Origin: Octopus vulgaris
Lineage: Eukaryota
Reading direction: 5' to 3'
NCBI GenBank assembly: GCA_951406725.2
Contig: OX597818.1
Span: forward strand, 37,758,001-37,822,000
Length of the DNA: 64,000 nt
Numbering within the stretch: the stretch's first letter is position 1; the number at the start of each line of letters is the position of its first letter. Under the pieces are notes generated by a model. The model was not told the origin of the DNA, made no database searches, and saw nothing but the letters and a program-made list of their open reading frames with translations. This document shows, piece after piece, positions 26,522 to 39,860 of the stretch. A program made the position numbers and the translations under genes.

Positions 26522-26709
26522 TTGACCGCGTGTGTATCGTTAGCGGTTTTCTTTCTCCGTCTTGCCTTCCTTGGATCTTTCCTTCTTCTATGTTTCTGAC
26601 GAAGAGCTCTGCTCGAAACGTTAAGTCCTCCGTCTTTCTTTCCTTTCCTGAGCGTCCAATAACAATATACTTGTTCCACGTCCTCGCTTTGTTGTTTTCA
26701 TGTTTGGAT

Positions 26710-26712
<3 letters not shown>
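26522..26712 (+). mobile_element. Short Penelope-like non-autonomous element with hammerhead (26593-26625)
   Basis: ttt-CTGACGA-agagc tct gctc-GAAACGTT-aa. Close copy at 36111-36318. Flanked by (CT)n and (TA)n. Confidence 0.7.
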
Positions 26713-26767
<55 letters not shown>

Positions 26768-26978
26768 TATATATATATATAAATATATATATATATGAGT
26801 GTATAAAAATTTATACACGGACAGAAGACCACTATGTGGACTTCTTACATGCTAAAAGGGCAGTCAAATCCCAAACCATTCCCAAAACATTCTTATTTAT
26901 GTCACATTGCTTGTAAGCGAGCAGGACGCTTGAAAGACAAAAACCTCTCAGTTAACTCTATACCTTTCTCTCTCCCTC

Positions 26979-27060
<82 letters not shown>

Positions 27061-27665
27061 CATCTATCTTTCTATCTATCTATTATATTATATTATATTA
27101 TATTATATTATATTATATTACATTATATTATATTATATATATAAGCCGAAATTGCGAGGATAATCTGGTGCTTGACTGAGGAAAGAAAACTTCGAATGAC
27201 CCGTCTATCTGGATGTTTTGTTGTCCCTTTTTGTATCACCTAGCTGTCCGGATGTTTTGCGTTCTTGTCCCGTTTTGTATTATATATATATAATATCAAT
27301 GCTAAATGCTATACTGCGAAGTTTCACCCATACTGGCAGCTCTGCTTTGAGAAGCCAGCATCGGCAAAACTTCGGTATAGACAAATCACGATTGATAATA
27401 AATATAATTTTATTCGACAATCGATATTGAGTTTTTTATCAAGCACATGTTAAGTGTACTCACGTACACAAACCAATTAAACAAATAACTGTGTGTGTGT
27501 GTGTGAGCGCGCGCACGCGGCGTGTGTGAACGTAGGTCTGCGTATGTGAGTGATGTGCCCTTATATATGTGTAATATATATATCATGGAAGACGGAATTC
27601 TTGAGTAAAAATATTTATGGATGTTAAGTAACAAACAATAAACAAACAAACATTCCTCGAAGAAT

Positions 27666-27696
<31 letters not shown>

Positions 27697-28165
27697 TTAT
27701 TCAACATTGTTCATTAGTCACAATATTAAGTTGGAGGAATAGAAGAATTAATATATATATCTAAACCAGCAGACAGGAAACACGAGATAAACAACTCTTA
27801 GAAAGATTTCTCCAAGTCTTCTGTTTGTTTACCTTATCTGTGCTGCTCGGCAGGTGTTGTACGTATTATGCAAATAAATAAATAAATAAATAAGTAAATA
27901 AATAGATAAATAAATAAATAAAAACTTTGTTCGAGTCACTCACTTATCTTACTAAATTAGATGGTTAACCAAATGCCTTGATCATAGGCAGTTGATTCTT
28001 TCACGATTTCGAATCCTTCTCTAGGTTAACCTTTTATGAAACATCTTTAGGAATGCTTTCGCCAAATACATCCAATCCGAGGGAACGAACTTACGCGCAA
28101 TTACTGTCACATTATTCAAACCTTCTCAGATTCTTTATTTCCTTCGTCATTCCTCTCAACCGCCA

Positions 28166-28166
28166 T

Positions 28167-28232
<66 letters not shown>

Positions 28233-28687
28233 TCCTTTTCTTTCTTTCTTTCTTTTTTCTTACTTTTTTCTTCTTTTCCCTTCTTTTTTCTTACTTTCTT
28301 TTTTCCTTTCTTTTTTCTTACTTTCTTTCTTCTTTTCCTTTCTTTCTTCTTTCCTTCCTTTCTTTCTTTTTCCTTCCTTCTTTCCCTCCCTCCTTCCTTC
28401 CTTCCTGCCTTCCGTCTTTTTTGCTTGCTTTCTTTCTTGTTTTTCTCTTCTTTTCCCCCTTCCTTTCTTGCTTTCTTTTTTCTTTTCTTTTCCCTTCTTT
28501 CTTTCTCTCTTTCTTTCTTTCTTTTCTTTTCCCTTCTTTCTTTCTTTCTTAATTTGTTGATTTTCCTTCACCTCCCACTACCCCACTTATTCACCCATTT
28601 CATTATTTCAATTCCTCGTTTCTTTTCTTAAATAGCAATTCGGGTTAACATCGTCCATCGCCCACAAACACTAAAAACAACACACAA

Positions 28688-28785
<98 letters not shown>

Positions 28786-28804
28786 GCTGATGATGATGAT
28801 GATA

Positions 28805-28858
<54 letters not shown>

Positions 28859-28860
28859 TT
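28166..28860. repeat. (TTTC)n-derived pyrimidine tract and compound (AGT)(GTT)(GAT) microsatellite
   Basis: Direct reading. Confidence 0.9.
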
Positions 28861-29480
28861 GTAGCAAGAACAATAACAGCAGAATCGGCAGTAGTGATAA
28901 CGACAGCGATCTTATCTGCAGAAACTGCAGCATCACGTATAGCGATTCCAGCAGCAGCAGCAGCAGCAGTATTAGTAGTATTAGTAGTAGTAGTAGTGTT
29001 GGGTGGAAATGGGTTACTGTTAATGATCATTGTACTGACAGCAGTAAAAGTTTACATTATCATTATACTAAAAACGAATTTGTTTCTTACACGGACCTGG
29101 ATGGAGTCTAGAAGGTTCGTGGCTGTAGGCCGGTAATAGTCACTGATCAACCCTACCCTAAACTCACATTAGGGTTGATCTGGGATTGTTTACGATAAAA
29201 GTTGATTTACAATCAAAACCGTTCCAGATGTTAAATCTCAACTTTTAAAAAAAATTATTATTTTAAACTTATGATTCTAGAACAGCATTATGAAACATAT
29301 CCATTGTATGATAAGGGTTGAAGAAGGTTTGGCTGTTATTTCCAGCATATCAAACACCTAAGCAGAGACTTGGTTTGTCAATTGTTTTCAGTAATGCATT
29401 ACAATCATTAACTTACCGCATTCCATATCTGTGCAAAGAAGAAGCTGTTCTTGTCATGGCAATAAAAGATTTTCTAACTA

Positions 29481-30000
29481 CCGTAGATCCTCGAGTATAA
29501 TCCGCATTTTTTCCCCAAAATTTAATGGTCAAAATCCCTAGTGCATACTGTATACGAGGTTAAAAATGAAAAATATTTTCTAAGCAATATCCAAGTCTCT
29601 ATTTGCTGTTCGGCAATGTTTATTCCGACGCATTTTGTGATGCCGGGCGCGAAAATACCTTAAGCTAAGCCTGAAAGCAATGAAGTCATAAAAGAATCAT
29701 CCATAACTTGCAGTAAGCAACATTTATTAAAATAAAAGTATTCAGAACACAGAATAATATAACAAAAACAATTTGCAAACATATTTACATTCCCATATAA
29801 CAGTTAAGAACATCACCATTGTTGTATTACGCATGCGCGGAAGTGTTTGTTCGACTAGGTGCTGCTGGCTTAATTACGCACGACTCAAGTTAGAGAAGGA
29901 GTGCGTATTATATACAAGGTTTAGGTTTTTCAGAGGTGCAGCCCCCTAAAAATCCCCTGCGTATTAAACTCAAGGGCGGACTATACTCGAAGATTTATGG
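29481..30000. mobile_element. pogo/Tc2-like MITE
   Basis: TA|ccgtagatcctcgagtataatccgc ... gcggactatactcgaagatttatgg|TA inverted termini. Confidence 0.85.
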
Positions 30001-30677
30001 TACGAAAGAATTGTCATTCATCAACAGCTTTATATTAAATTGTGCATCCGCTAACATTTCCATTCGGTTATAGGTTGTGTTCTGTCATTGTTTATATTAC
30101 TATCAACTTTGTTATCCCCGATGGAGCTAAGGATCTTGCTATGAAAATTCTGCTCAACATTTCCGACTTCTGCTATATTAAGTCATCCGCTTAAACTCCA
30201 CAATATAAGCAGACACATAAAATTATTCCTAACCACGAGGCACATTATATTTTAATCCGCGGCTAATTTGATTTAAGGCTAATCGCCTTTTCAACATGGG
30301 AGGATAAATTTTTCCTCGCCACTCTTTTCGTCACACAAGACCAATATAACTTTAGTGAATACCACTTACTGAGCAGTTAATCTACCTTTCATACACATGC
30401 AACAAACAAACATTTTTACTTTTACTACTACACTCAACACACGCTTGAATTTTTCTAAATTATGGCAACAAATTTTTATTCCAAAACTATATGAAGTCTC
30501 TCATTAGTGACCAAAGGGTCGCTGAAGAAGACTAAGTTATTACAAAATTTGGACACAACCCGTCTTCAATTGTCTTTCAAAAAAAAAAACAAAAAAACAT
30601 TGGCTTACTTCTTCTTCCATAGGCACATTGATCAAGGAATACATTTTCACAATCACGACAAAGATACGGTAGACATT

Positions 30678-30921
30678 CTATAGAAGCAATTTTGCTTTGT
30701 CTTCAGTGATCCTGATACAATACACTTTGGCAGTATTGATGAAATCCTCAACATGTCCTACTTGACATTGGCAGCTCGTGTATAGGCACTGAGGAACTGC
30801 AGCACCCCCTTCATTATTTAAGGGGAAAGCTTTGATTAGTCTCTCCTTGATTAGTCGCTTGGTATGGGATAGTAGGCGCAGCAGAATAATAGTTAAGATC
30901 CGGGATGATCGATTCTCTAAC
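30678..30921 (-). CDS. Possible terminal exon of an unidentified minus-strand gene
   Basis: Acceptor-like tttctgttag then an 80-codon non-repetitive open frame (LENRSSR...AKLLL*); phase-compatible with 55490-55591. No homology recognised. Confidence 0.2.
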
Positions 30922-31810
30922 CTAACAGAAATTTGCAGTTGATTATCGAGAACGAGACAACACAACATTTATCTTATTCACTAAGTACATGGTCACTCGA
31001 TCTGCTAAATACAGAAGTCAAATTTATCTTAGATCAAGCTCTACCGTCTAAGAAAAGATAATATATAATACTACATTAGATTATGTAGTGTTATGTATGA
31101 TATCCACCGATAGCCGTCACTCATAAGCGAGTGCGATTTGGCAGCATATGCAGTGCTTTTGTTAATTGCTTTAGGTACCAAGGTATTTGCGAGCAGGCAG
31201 AGGCATCGACTCGAGCCCTCCCTTAAGCTTGATCCAGCGAAACATCGAAGAAGTGAAAACTGGAAGGAGAGAAAACTGCGCCAGCATTTGGCTGGTATCC
31301 ATTTTTAGTTTTGCAATCTCGAGAAACGTGAAATGAAGTGCTTTGTTCAGGGGCACAAAGTGGAGCTCAATCCCGGATTCGAACCCATGACCTCATGATC
31401 GTGAGGCCAATATCCTAATAACAAGTCCACTAATCCATACGCTTCGGTAAACATGATCACCTGCTTAACAAAAACAAAAATAAAAGCCAGAAAGGTGGGA
31501 TTGCAATGGCTGGAATGCTTTTGATCACGGGTCTGCTCAGTGTGATATCTTGATGCTGATGACAAAACTAAATCAGACACTAAACAGAACTAATTAAAAA
31601 AACAATTGCATAAATATACATATATAAAAAAAATAACTAAAAAAAAACTACTTTAGTGTTTAAAATATGGAATTTGTATATCTCCAAAGATAAATTACTT
31701 ATTTAAATGGCGAGCAAGACGACTAAACGCATGTGTGAAAACACTCACGTGTTTGCACATATGCAAATACGAAAATATTTCTGAAGATTTATGTTTCCAG
31801 GTCTAAGCCA

Positions 31811-31984
31811 GCGAGTGAGTGAGTGAGCGAGTGAGTGAGTGAGTGAGTGAGTGAGTGAGCGAGTGAGTGAGCGAGTGAGTGAGCGAGTGAGTGAGTGAGT
31901 GAGTGAGTGAGTGAGTGAGTGAGTGAGTGGGTGAGTGAATGAGTGAGTGAGTGAGTGAGTGAGTGAGTGGGTGAGTGAATGAGT
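31811..31984. repeat. (GAGT)n microsatellite
   Basis: Direct reading. Confidence 0.95.
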
Positions 31985-32394
31985 TAACGTGTATGTCATT
32001 ATTCAGCTTTATTTCAAGATTTCTTGCCAATAGAGAAAAGAGTCCAAGGCTCCTTCATTGGAATTTCAACAACACCAGCAGGGTACTTTTGCATGTATTT
32101 GTGAATATGTATGCATGTATGTATGTATGTATGTATGTATGTATGTATGTATGTATGTATGTGTGTGTGTGTGTGTGTGTGTATGCAATTCTATGAATGC
32201 AGACGTTGCTGAAATGTAAAGAAGGTAGTTTCCCAAACTTCAGGTCCCTGGTTCAGTCACACACAATGGTACTCTGGTTATGTGCCACGCGAGGGAAACT
32301 GGTAAGACGGAAATTGTTGTGATCGTTATTACACTGTTGTTCCTTGTAAATTATTTTCAAATAGTTTCATAATCAGCAACTAAGGTGCTTTTGC

Positions 32395-32489
32395 TTAATA
32401 AACACTCACAATGCCCTGTCTGGGAATCGAAACCGCGTTCTTACGACTGCGAGTCCGCTGCCCTAACCACTGGGCCATTGCACCTCCAC
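32395..32489 (-). mobile_element. SINE family C, 5' tRNA-like head only
   Basis: Matches 23475-23570. Confidence 0.8.
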
Positions 32490-32556
32490 TGTTGTTGTTG
32501 TTACTAATGCTACTACTACTTTTGCTACTGCAGCAGCAGTCGTCGTCACCGTTGTT

Positions 32557-32597
<41 letters not shown>

Positions 32598-33079
32598 CGT
32601 CGTCGTCGTTGTTGTTGTTGTTGTTGTTACTGCTGCTGTTGCTTAGCGTCCAGGCTGGCCATGGTTGAAATAACCTTGAACTGAAGTCGCTAATGTTCCC
32701 CACATTATATGACTTTGGTTCTGCCTGGATATTACAGTGAATTATCTTCTCCGCATGGTTTCCAGTAAACAATGCATGCAATATTGTTGTCTGTTATGTA
32801 TTCTCTTTGTGCAAGTTTATATATTTCCTCACTATGGGGGATCATCCTTCCATCTTTTGTTTTAAGTGTGATTCAACAAGATGAACATAAACATCAAAAA
32901 CCGATGGTGGGTGGCCCTGAAAAAGACTATAGAAGTAGAGTTGTTAGGGCTTAGTAAAGAAATAGCAACAAGAAAGTCTAGAATTGACGGAGATTTAGTT
33001 AAGGAACGCAGAAAAAACATAACAACCAACATGCTGGCAGCGAGACTGGCTCTGAGGCCAATTCTTCAACGCCAAACAC

Positions 33080-34130
33080 GAAGGTTGTGCTGCTAGAACT
33101 CGGGCGCGTGCTCCAAGACACGAGGAAACAAAGCCAAAATTCAGTCTTTGAGAAGACAGGTGCTTGCTACTAGAACCTAAGCAGATGTGTGCGGAATTTA
33201 AGCTATCATCTATCATCTATTACCGTATATGATCTATTACCACCTCCATCATCTATTACCATCTGGCCGTCGTCCCTTACCCTATTTCGTGCGCTTGCTA
33301 TTCTGCTTTCTATGAAAGGAACGGGTTCCGTTGTCAGACGGTTCATTTGCTGTCAGCATCCGTCGCATGGTGGAATGTGTATGCCGTGGCTAAATATGCT
33401 CAGACATGCGTTGAAATTACGACATCCCCAACGATTCGCTGACGATGAGCATGTGTAGTCACTGTTTGTCGAATAGAATTTTCCGCAGTTCGTCTCATTA
33501 CGGAGCTGCAGTCGTGGATCAAGTGTAGGCCGAAACAGAGTGCTTGGCACCTGGAGTGTCGCTAAGTGCTCACAGTTCTCTGCTAGTCGGGCAGTGTGGT
33601 CGTTGGAGTTTTATAGGGTATAGTAGCGGGCAAGAGCGACGACATCTTCAAGGTAATTCTGGACGCTGCGGGAGGAGATAAGTCAGTTGACCTTTTCAAA
33701 AGGACCCATGGATAACTTTCATAAATCCCTGGAGGAGTCTGCCGGTTAGATATAAGCCCTACATGTACTGAAATACTGTCAGGCGGACCCGTTTGAGAAG
33801 TGCGAAGAGCGATGAAACCGTTCTGTATACGCTCGTGCCGTATCCATGACTTGTGAAGCTTTCTCGAACATCTGTTGCTACGTTTAGAGATCCTTTGTGT
33901 GGATCGCCCCACCACCTTCCATTGGTCTGGAAGGGCAGACAGTTTTCCTCTGTCTGGTGGCTATGGGAAAAGAGGTAATGATGTGGACAAGGTTCAGTGG
34001 ACTGAAGACAGATACTTTCCTTTTCGACCAAACCTTCATTGACTTTTTCAGGTTCCATATGAAAAGGAGAGTGTGAAAAATGAAGTGCTGCTTCCACCAT
34101 ACAACCACTATATTTGCTGAAATGTGGGTG
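33080..34130 (+). mobile_element. Degenerate Tx1/L1-group LINE ORF2 C-terminal fragment
   Basis: KGTGSVVRRFICCQHPSHGGMCMPW...; LPVR..SDETVL; PPPSIGLEGQTVFLCLVAMGKEVMMWTR..FIDFFRFHMKRR aligns by eye with ORF 322..681 and 46600-47220. Confidence 0.75.
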
Positions 34131-34311
34131 AATATGGCGAGAATGGTACCCCTGGGTGGTGCTCACCGCTTCTGGGATATTTTTGCCTAATATCATATTG
34201 TCCATTATTATTGTTTTATTGTTTACACGTGCTATATGCAACATCCCATTGTCCTCTGCTTTGCGTAGTTCTTTCTGTCTGATTTGCAGCTTTTGTGACA
34301 ATTAAGAAAAA

Positions 34312-34349
<38 letters not shown>

Positions 34350-34354
34350 CATCA

Positions 34355-34499
34355 TCATCATCATTCAGTAGTATATTTTTTATAGCGTGCTTTCACTTCA
34401 CTACCGAGCGCAGCTCTGTGTGCACATACCCAAGGCACACAGAGCTGCGCTCGGTAGTGAAGTGAAAGCACGCTATAGAAAATATACTACTGAATGATG

Positions 34500-34505
<6 letters not shown>
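34355..34505. repeat. Palindrome made of two inverted R4/Dong 3' ends
   Basis: Each arm matches 20113-20185; flanked by (ATT)n on the left and (AAT)n on the right. Confidence 0.9.
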
Positions 34506-34555
<50 letters not shown>

Positions 34556-34693
34556 CATTTTTCTGCTATAGGCACAAGCTTCAAATTTGTGGGAGGGGGC
34601 TAGTCAATTACATCAACCCCAGTACTCAACTGATAATTTATCGATCCCGACAGGATGAAAGGCAAAGTTATTATTATTATTATTATTATTATT

Positions 34694-34809
<116 letters not shown>

Positions 34810-34841
34810 CATTGTTGTTGTTGTTCTTGTTGTTGTTGTTG

Positions 34842-34879
<38 letters not shown>

Positions 34880-34896
34880 GTTATTATTATTATTAA

Positions 34897-35305
34897 GGCA
34901 GCGAGCTGGTAGAATCATCGGGCGAAATGCTTAGTTCAAATTCCGCCGAGGTCGACTTAGCCTTTCATCCTTTCAGGGTCAATAAAATAAGTACCAGTGA
35001 AACACTGGGGTCGATGCAATCGACTAGTCCCCTTTCCCCAAATTTCAGGCCTTGTGCCTGTAGTAGAAAGAAGTATAATTCTTATTAAGGCGGCGAACTG
35101 GCAGAGTCGTTAGCATGCCGGACAAAATTCTTAGCGACATTTCGTCCGTCTTTATGTTCTGAGTTCAAATTTCTCCGAGGTCAACTTTGTCTTTTATATC
35201 TTTTCGGAGTCGATAAAATAAGAACCAGTGGCGTTCTGGGATCGATGTAATTGACTGCTCCCCCCCCCCCACACACACAACTACTAGTCTTGTTCCAAAA
35301 TTTGA
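34897..35305 (+). mobile_element. Two tandem SINE B copies (older tail type)
   Basis: ggc.gcga.ctgg.aga...gagttcaaat...ccttgtgcc tails. Confidence 0.8.
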
Positions 35306-35436
35306 AACTACTACTACTACTACATGTTGTGATGCACTGTTCAGGATTCATGTACTCTGCCATAGCTGTTGCTATGTAACTATAAGGTAAACTAGATTTA
35401 TGGTTATAAGCCATTTTGTTTTAATTATATATATAT

Positions 35437-35615
35437 AAACAATTGCAGCGTGGAAGGTGTTTATAAGCCATTTAAGAAACACACAAAAAAAACCGCTAGA
35501 TTCACTTCAACATTTAAATTTAATTTGCCAAATTAAATTTAAATGTTGAAGTAAATCTAACGGTTTTGTGTATTTCTTAAATGGCTTATAAACACCTTCC
35601 ACGCTGCAATTGTTT
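35437..35615. repeat. Fold-back palindrome (~90-bp arms) inserted in (TA)n
   Basis: aattgcagcgtggaaggtgtttataagccatttaag...taatttg-c-caaatta...cttaaatggcttataaacaccttccacgctgcaatt. Confidence 0.9.
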
Positions 35616-35691
35616 TCGCTCCAGCACACGATCTCAGATCAGGTCACTTGCTATGCAAGTACATCTCCGTATATATATATATATATATATA

Positions 35692-35907
35692 AAGGCGGTG
35701 ACATTTTTTGTTACTATAACATGGCAGTTCTATGAAGAACTATGTAACTACATTTAACCCCAGGAAAACGTCTTTTCCAGCTGGTCAACGACATAAGTTG
35801 TGCGTTGTTGACCAGCTGGAAAAGACATTTCCCTGGGGTTAAAATGTAGTAACATAGTTCTTTATAGAATAGCCATGTTATAGTGGCAAATAAACGTTAC
35901 CGTCTTG
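35692..35907. repeat. Fold-back palindrome (~100-bp arms) inserted in (TA)n
   Basis: ctataacatggc...ccagctggtcaac / gttgaccagctgg...gccatgttatag. Confidence 0.9.
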
Positions 35908-35957
35908 TATTATTACATTGTTACTACTTATATCACATTTAGAGATTTTAAAACTAG

Positions 35958-36062
<105 letters not shown>

Positions 36063-36070
36063 TGTATGTA

Positions 36071-36110
<40 letters not shown>

Positions 36111-36113
<3 letters not shown>

Positions 36114-36315
36114 CCGCGTGTGTATCGTTGGCGATTTTCTTTCTCCGTCTTCCCTTCCTTGGACCTTTCCTTTTCCTATGTTTCTGACGAAGAGCTCCGC
36201 TCAAAACGTTAAATCCTCCTTCTTTCTTTCCTTTCCTGAACGTCCAATAACACTATACTTGTTCCACGTCCTCGCGTTGTTGTGTTTTCTCTTTGTGTTT
36301 TCATGTTTGGATTTA

Positions 36316-36318
<3 letters not shown>
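36111..36318 (+). mobile_element. Second copy of the short hammerhead-bearing element (core G12 mutated)
   Basis: tttCTGACGAagagctccgctc-AAAAC-gtt; flanked by (TG)n. Confidence 0.7.
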
Positions 36319-36404
<86 letters not shown>

Positions 36405-36956
36405 TGTGTGTGTGTGCGTGTGCTAGAATATGAGCTTTTCCAAGCTGCGTTGTCTTCTGAATTTCACATATGGAAGGGTCATCTGGCAGTTCTTCCACTT
36501 CTCAGTGTTTATCATGTTCCGTGTATCTTAATGCTTCAATAAGAACACATATTGTTCTGGATCCAAATTCTACATATTTCATATTTCTATAGATAGATGT
36601 TCATATTAAAAGAGTTTTACATTCGCCTTTAAGAAGATCTTATTGTATGTAGATCAATTCATATTGATTAGTGTCCTTGGATATCATGTTTGATAATAAT
36701 ATCAGATAGGGTCGCCCTTATTTTCATATTTGTATTTTCATGCTTTGTTTGCTATAATTGATCCTGGGGATACGTTTATACATTTTTTCTGCCACTGAGT
36801 CTTCATTTCTTAAGACATTTCCTGTTAAAGGTAGAAAGTTACTTCACCACATCTGGTATTTACAAAGGTGGCCTGAGTAGAGATATTTAGTCACAGTTTG
36901 ACGGATGATCCTCAGCAAACTCATTAAACGTACAATATTTCATTAGTAAGAAGTTC

Positions 36957-37501
36957 GTAACTGGTACTTATCTAATCGACCCCGAAAGAATGAAAGGCAA
37001 AGTGACCTCGGCAGAATTTGAACTCAGAACGTAGCGGCAGACGAAATACCTATTTCTTTACTACCCACAAGGGGCTAAACACAGAGAGGACAAACAAAGA
37101 CAGACAAACGGATTAAGTCGATTGCATCGACCCCAGTACTGGTACTTAATTTATCGCCCCCGAAAGGATTAAAGGCAAAGTTGGCGGAATTTGAACTCAG
37201 AATGCAGCGGCGGGCGAAATACCGCTAAGCATTTCGCCCAGCGTGCTAACGATTCTGCCAGTTCGCTGTCTTAGTGATTCTAAATACTAATTTCAAATTT
37301 TGGCACAAGGCCAGCAATTTCGGAGTAAGAGAATTGTCGATTACGTCGAGCCCAGGGCTTAACTGGTACTTATTTTATTGACCCCGAAAGGATGAAAGGC
37401 AAAGTCGACCACGGCGGAATTTGAACTCAGAAAGTGAAGACGGACGAAATGCCGCTAAGCATTTTGTCTGGTGCGCAAACGATTCTGCCAACTTGCTGCC
37501 T
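36957..37501 (-). mobile_element. SINE B dimer (36957-37272) plus SINE B copy (37290-37501)
   Basis: Family consensus; TSD ttag.gattctaaatac around the second copy. Confidence 0.85.
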
Positions 37502-37536
37502 TAGCGATTCTAAATACGAATTATCTAACCCTCCAG

Positions 37537-37595
37537 GACCAAATGTACTTTTGTCGTTTGATATAAGTGGATCTAATAAAGCAGTTTTAGAAATT
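37537..37595 (+). CDS. Candidate exon with VWA MIDAS-like motif
   Basis: ccctccag|GPNVLLSFDISGSNKAVLEI|gtgcgt; hydrophobic strand followed by DxSxS. Confidence 0.35.
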
Positions 37596-38023
37596 GTGCG
37601 TACAACTATTCCAGTCATGCTTTGTATTTTACTTCCTTATTTAATTAGTATATTGTTATATTTTTTCCTATAGGTGTTTATGAGTGTTTAAGGCTAAATA
37701 TGTGCATGCTTTGAGTTCATATCCCCTCGGGATAGACTTTGCTACTTACCTTCCAAGGGTCGACTGAAAATGTACCAATCAAGTACTGGGAGCCGAAAGT
37801 TCACTGAGCTCTTCCGACAAGAATTGTGGCATTGTGCCGATGTTAGAAATCATTATTTATTTTTCTTCCCTCTTCACTAACTGTGCGCTAGTTTTCCGGC
37901 TACAAAACGAAAGCTTCGAGCGAATATATTTATAGAATCGCTGTTTTTGGCATAACTTTTTCGAGAGTCATCTTCGTGGAATAACAGATAAATAGAAAGA
38001 TAAACAAAAATATACATACATAC

Positions 38024-38077
<54 letters not shown>

Positions 38078-38194
38078 GTGTGTATGTATATATATATATT
38101 AACATAGACATACATACATATATAAACATATACATATGTACATACATGCATACATATATACATATGTGTGTGTATGTATATATATATATGTGTG

Positions 38195-38272
<78 letters not shown>

Positions 38273-38312
38273 AGAACATATACGTATGTACATACATGCA
38301 TACATATATATA

Positions 38313-38346
<34 letters not shown>

Positions 38347-38974
38347 TAGTTGCCTGGGTTTTAGAAAAGTTTCTCCATACCATAAGACATAAAAAAAAAC
38401 TTATCAAGCTGATTAGTAATACCAATTCCTACTTGCGAAAAAACATTTGGGGAAGAAACAACAATTTGTTCGTTTTTAACATTTGATAGCGTGAGATAAA
38501 ATGAAATAAAATGGTTAAACAATTGTAAAATGAATACAAAACATAGATAAATTAACAGATGAATAAGTAAATGAATACGTAAATATCAGTAGCGAGACAC
38601 AATATATGACCAAAACAAACACACACAAAAAAAAACAATAAAAATTCTAATGATTATCTTTTCATATAAATGTTAGAAGCTGTTATTTATTTTTAGAAAA
38701 GTTGGCAAAATTTCTATTTCGTGCTTTTACGATGAGATTATGTCATTTTTTCAAATCAAGTTATTAGTTATGACAGCAAGAGGAGAAAGAGACTTAAACG
38801 TTGGATTCTTGTGGTCGAGCTGAAAGCCACAAGCTGACGGAAGTTTAAAACAATTTGCCTCAGTCGCAAAACAGTGTGAGCTCACCGAAAAAGGCTAGCA
38901 GACCTTTTTTTCTTTTACTCTTTCTATCTCGTATTTTCACCGGTCATTTTAAGAATTTTTTTTATCTCTACGAT

Positions 38975-39860
38975 TCGGTGCCATCCTCATCAACTGGTAC
39001 CCTTCTTGATGATTAGTGTACTCGTATCGGAATGATCCATCCAGCACCTCGGCCTCCGCGTGTGTGAGCCGCACAAATGTTATTGTGGAGCTGTAGTCGA
39101 CGAGTTCAGCCTGCATCCGTTATTCTGCAGCCATAGCGAAAGGCCGATTCCCCCAAGGTGCCGTTCTGAATGACATCTATTTCTTTATTACCCACAAGGG
39201 GCTAAACAAAGAGGGGACAAACAAAGACAGACAAGGGGATAAGTTAATTACATCGACCCCAGTGATTAACTGGTACTTATTTAATCGACCCCGAAAGGAT
39301 GAAAGGCAAAGTCGACCTCGGCGGAATTTGAACTTAGAAGGTAACGGTAGACGAAATACTGCTAGGCATTTCGCCCGGCGTGCTAAAGTTTCTGCCAGCT
39401 CGCCGCCTTTGCTCTGAACGACATCATCAGAAAGGCCTCGAAAGGCACTAACCACTGGGAAAGTAAGCGCCCCAACGGAATAGCCCTCTTCGCATACGCG
39501 GAAGGTAGATATCTAATCTAGGACGCGACGAGCTGCGACACGTTCTTCGTTTCCAACCTTGCTGCATCGGTCGCAAACCCAAGATCACGTCTGTAAAACA
39601 GAGGAGAGGAAGTTAAACAAATACCGGAGCCTGACTGGACGCTTATCTGTTTATACCAGTCGTCATCGAGATCTAAGGTGTCCTCGAACACCGCACAGCT
39701 GATTTCCTCCGGAAAATCGGGATGACAGCAGGCCATCTGAGAAAACAGCCCTGCAAGGTGGAGTGGCGGTTGCAAGTGTGTGTCGCGTGTCATGCTTTGC
39801 AGCAGCGCCCTTGCAGTTATGTCCGCTGAACACACCGTTTGGACTGGAGTATACAACTTG
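38975..39860. mobile_element. Rearranged CRE-like (restriction-like endonuclease) LINE remnant, split by SINE B (39177-39408, -)
   Basis: + strand LGLRVCEPHKCYCGAVVDEFSLHPLFCSHS..LNDII, then KRPNGIALFAYAEGRYLI*DAT (cf. RPDG..W..G..WD); inverted segment 39531-39860; SINE TSD tctgaa.gacat. Confidence 0.65.

Noticed and set aside
28053-28631. 192-aa F/L/S-rich membrane-like ORF
   Set aside because: Translation of a (TTTC)n-derived pyrimidine tract.
32680-32870. Possible RTE remnant on the minus strand (also 34140-34305) and possible L2/CR1 remnant at 14460-14750
   Set aside because: Only faint peptide resemblance; too degenerate to call.
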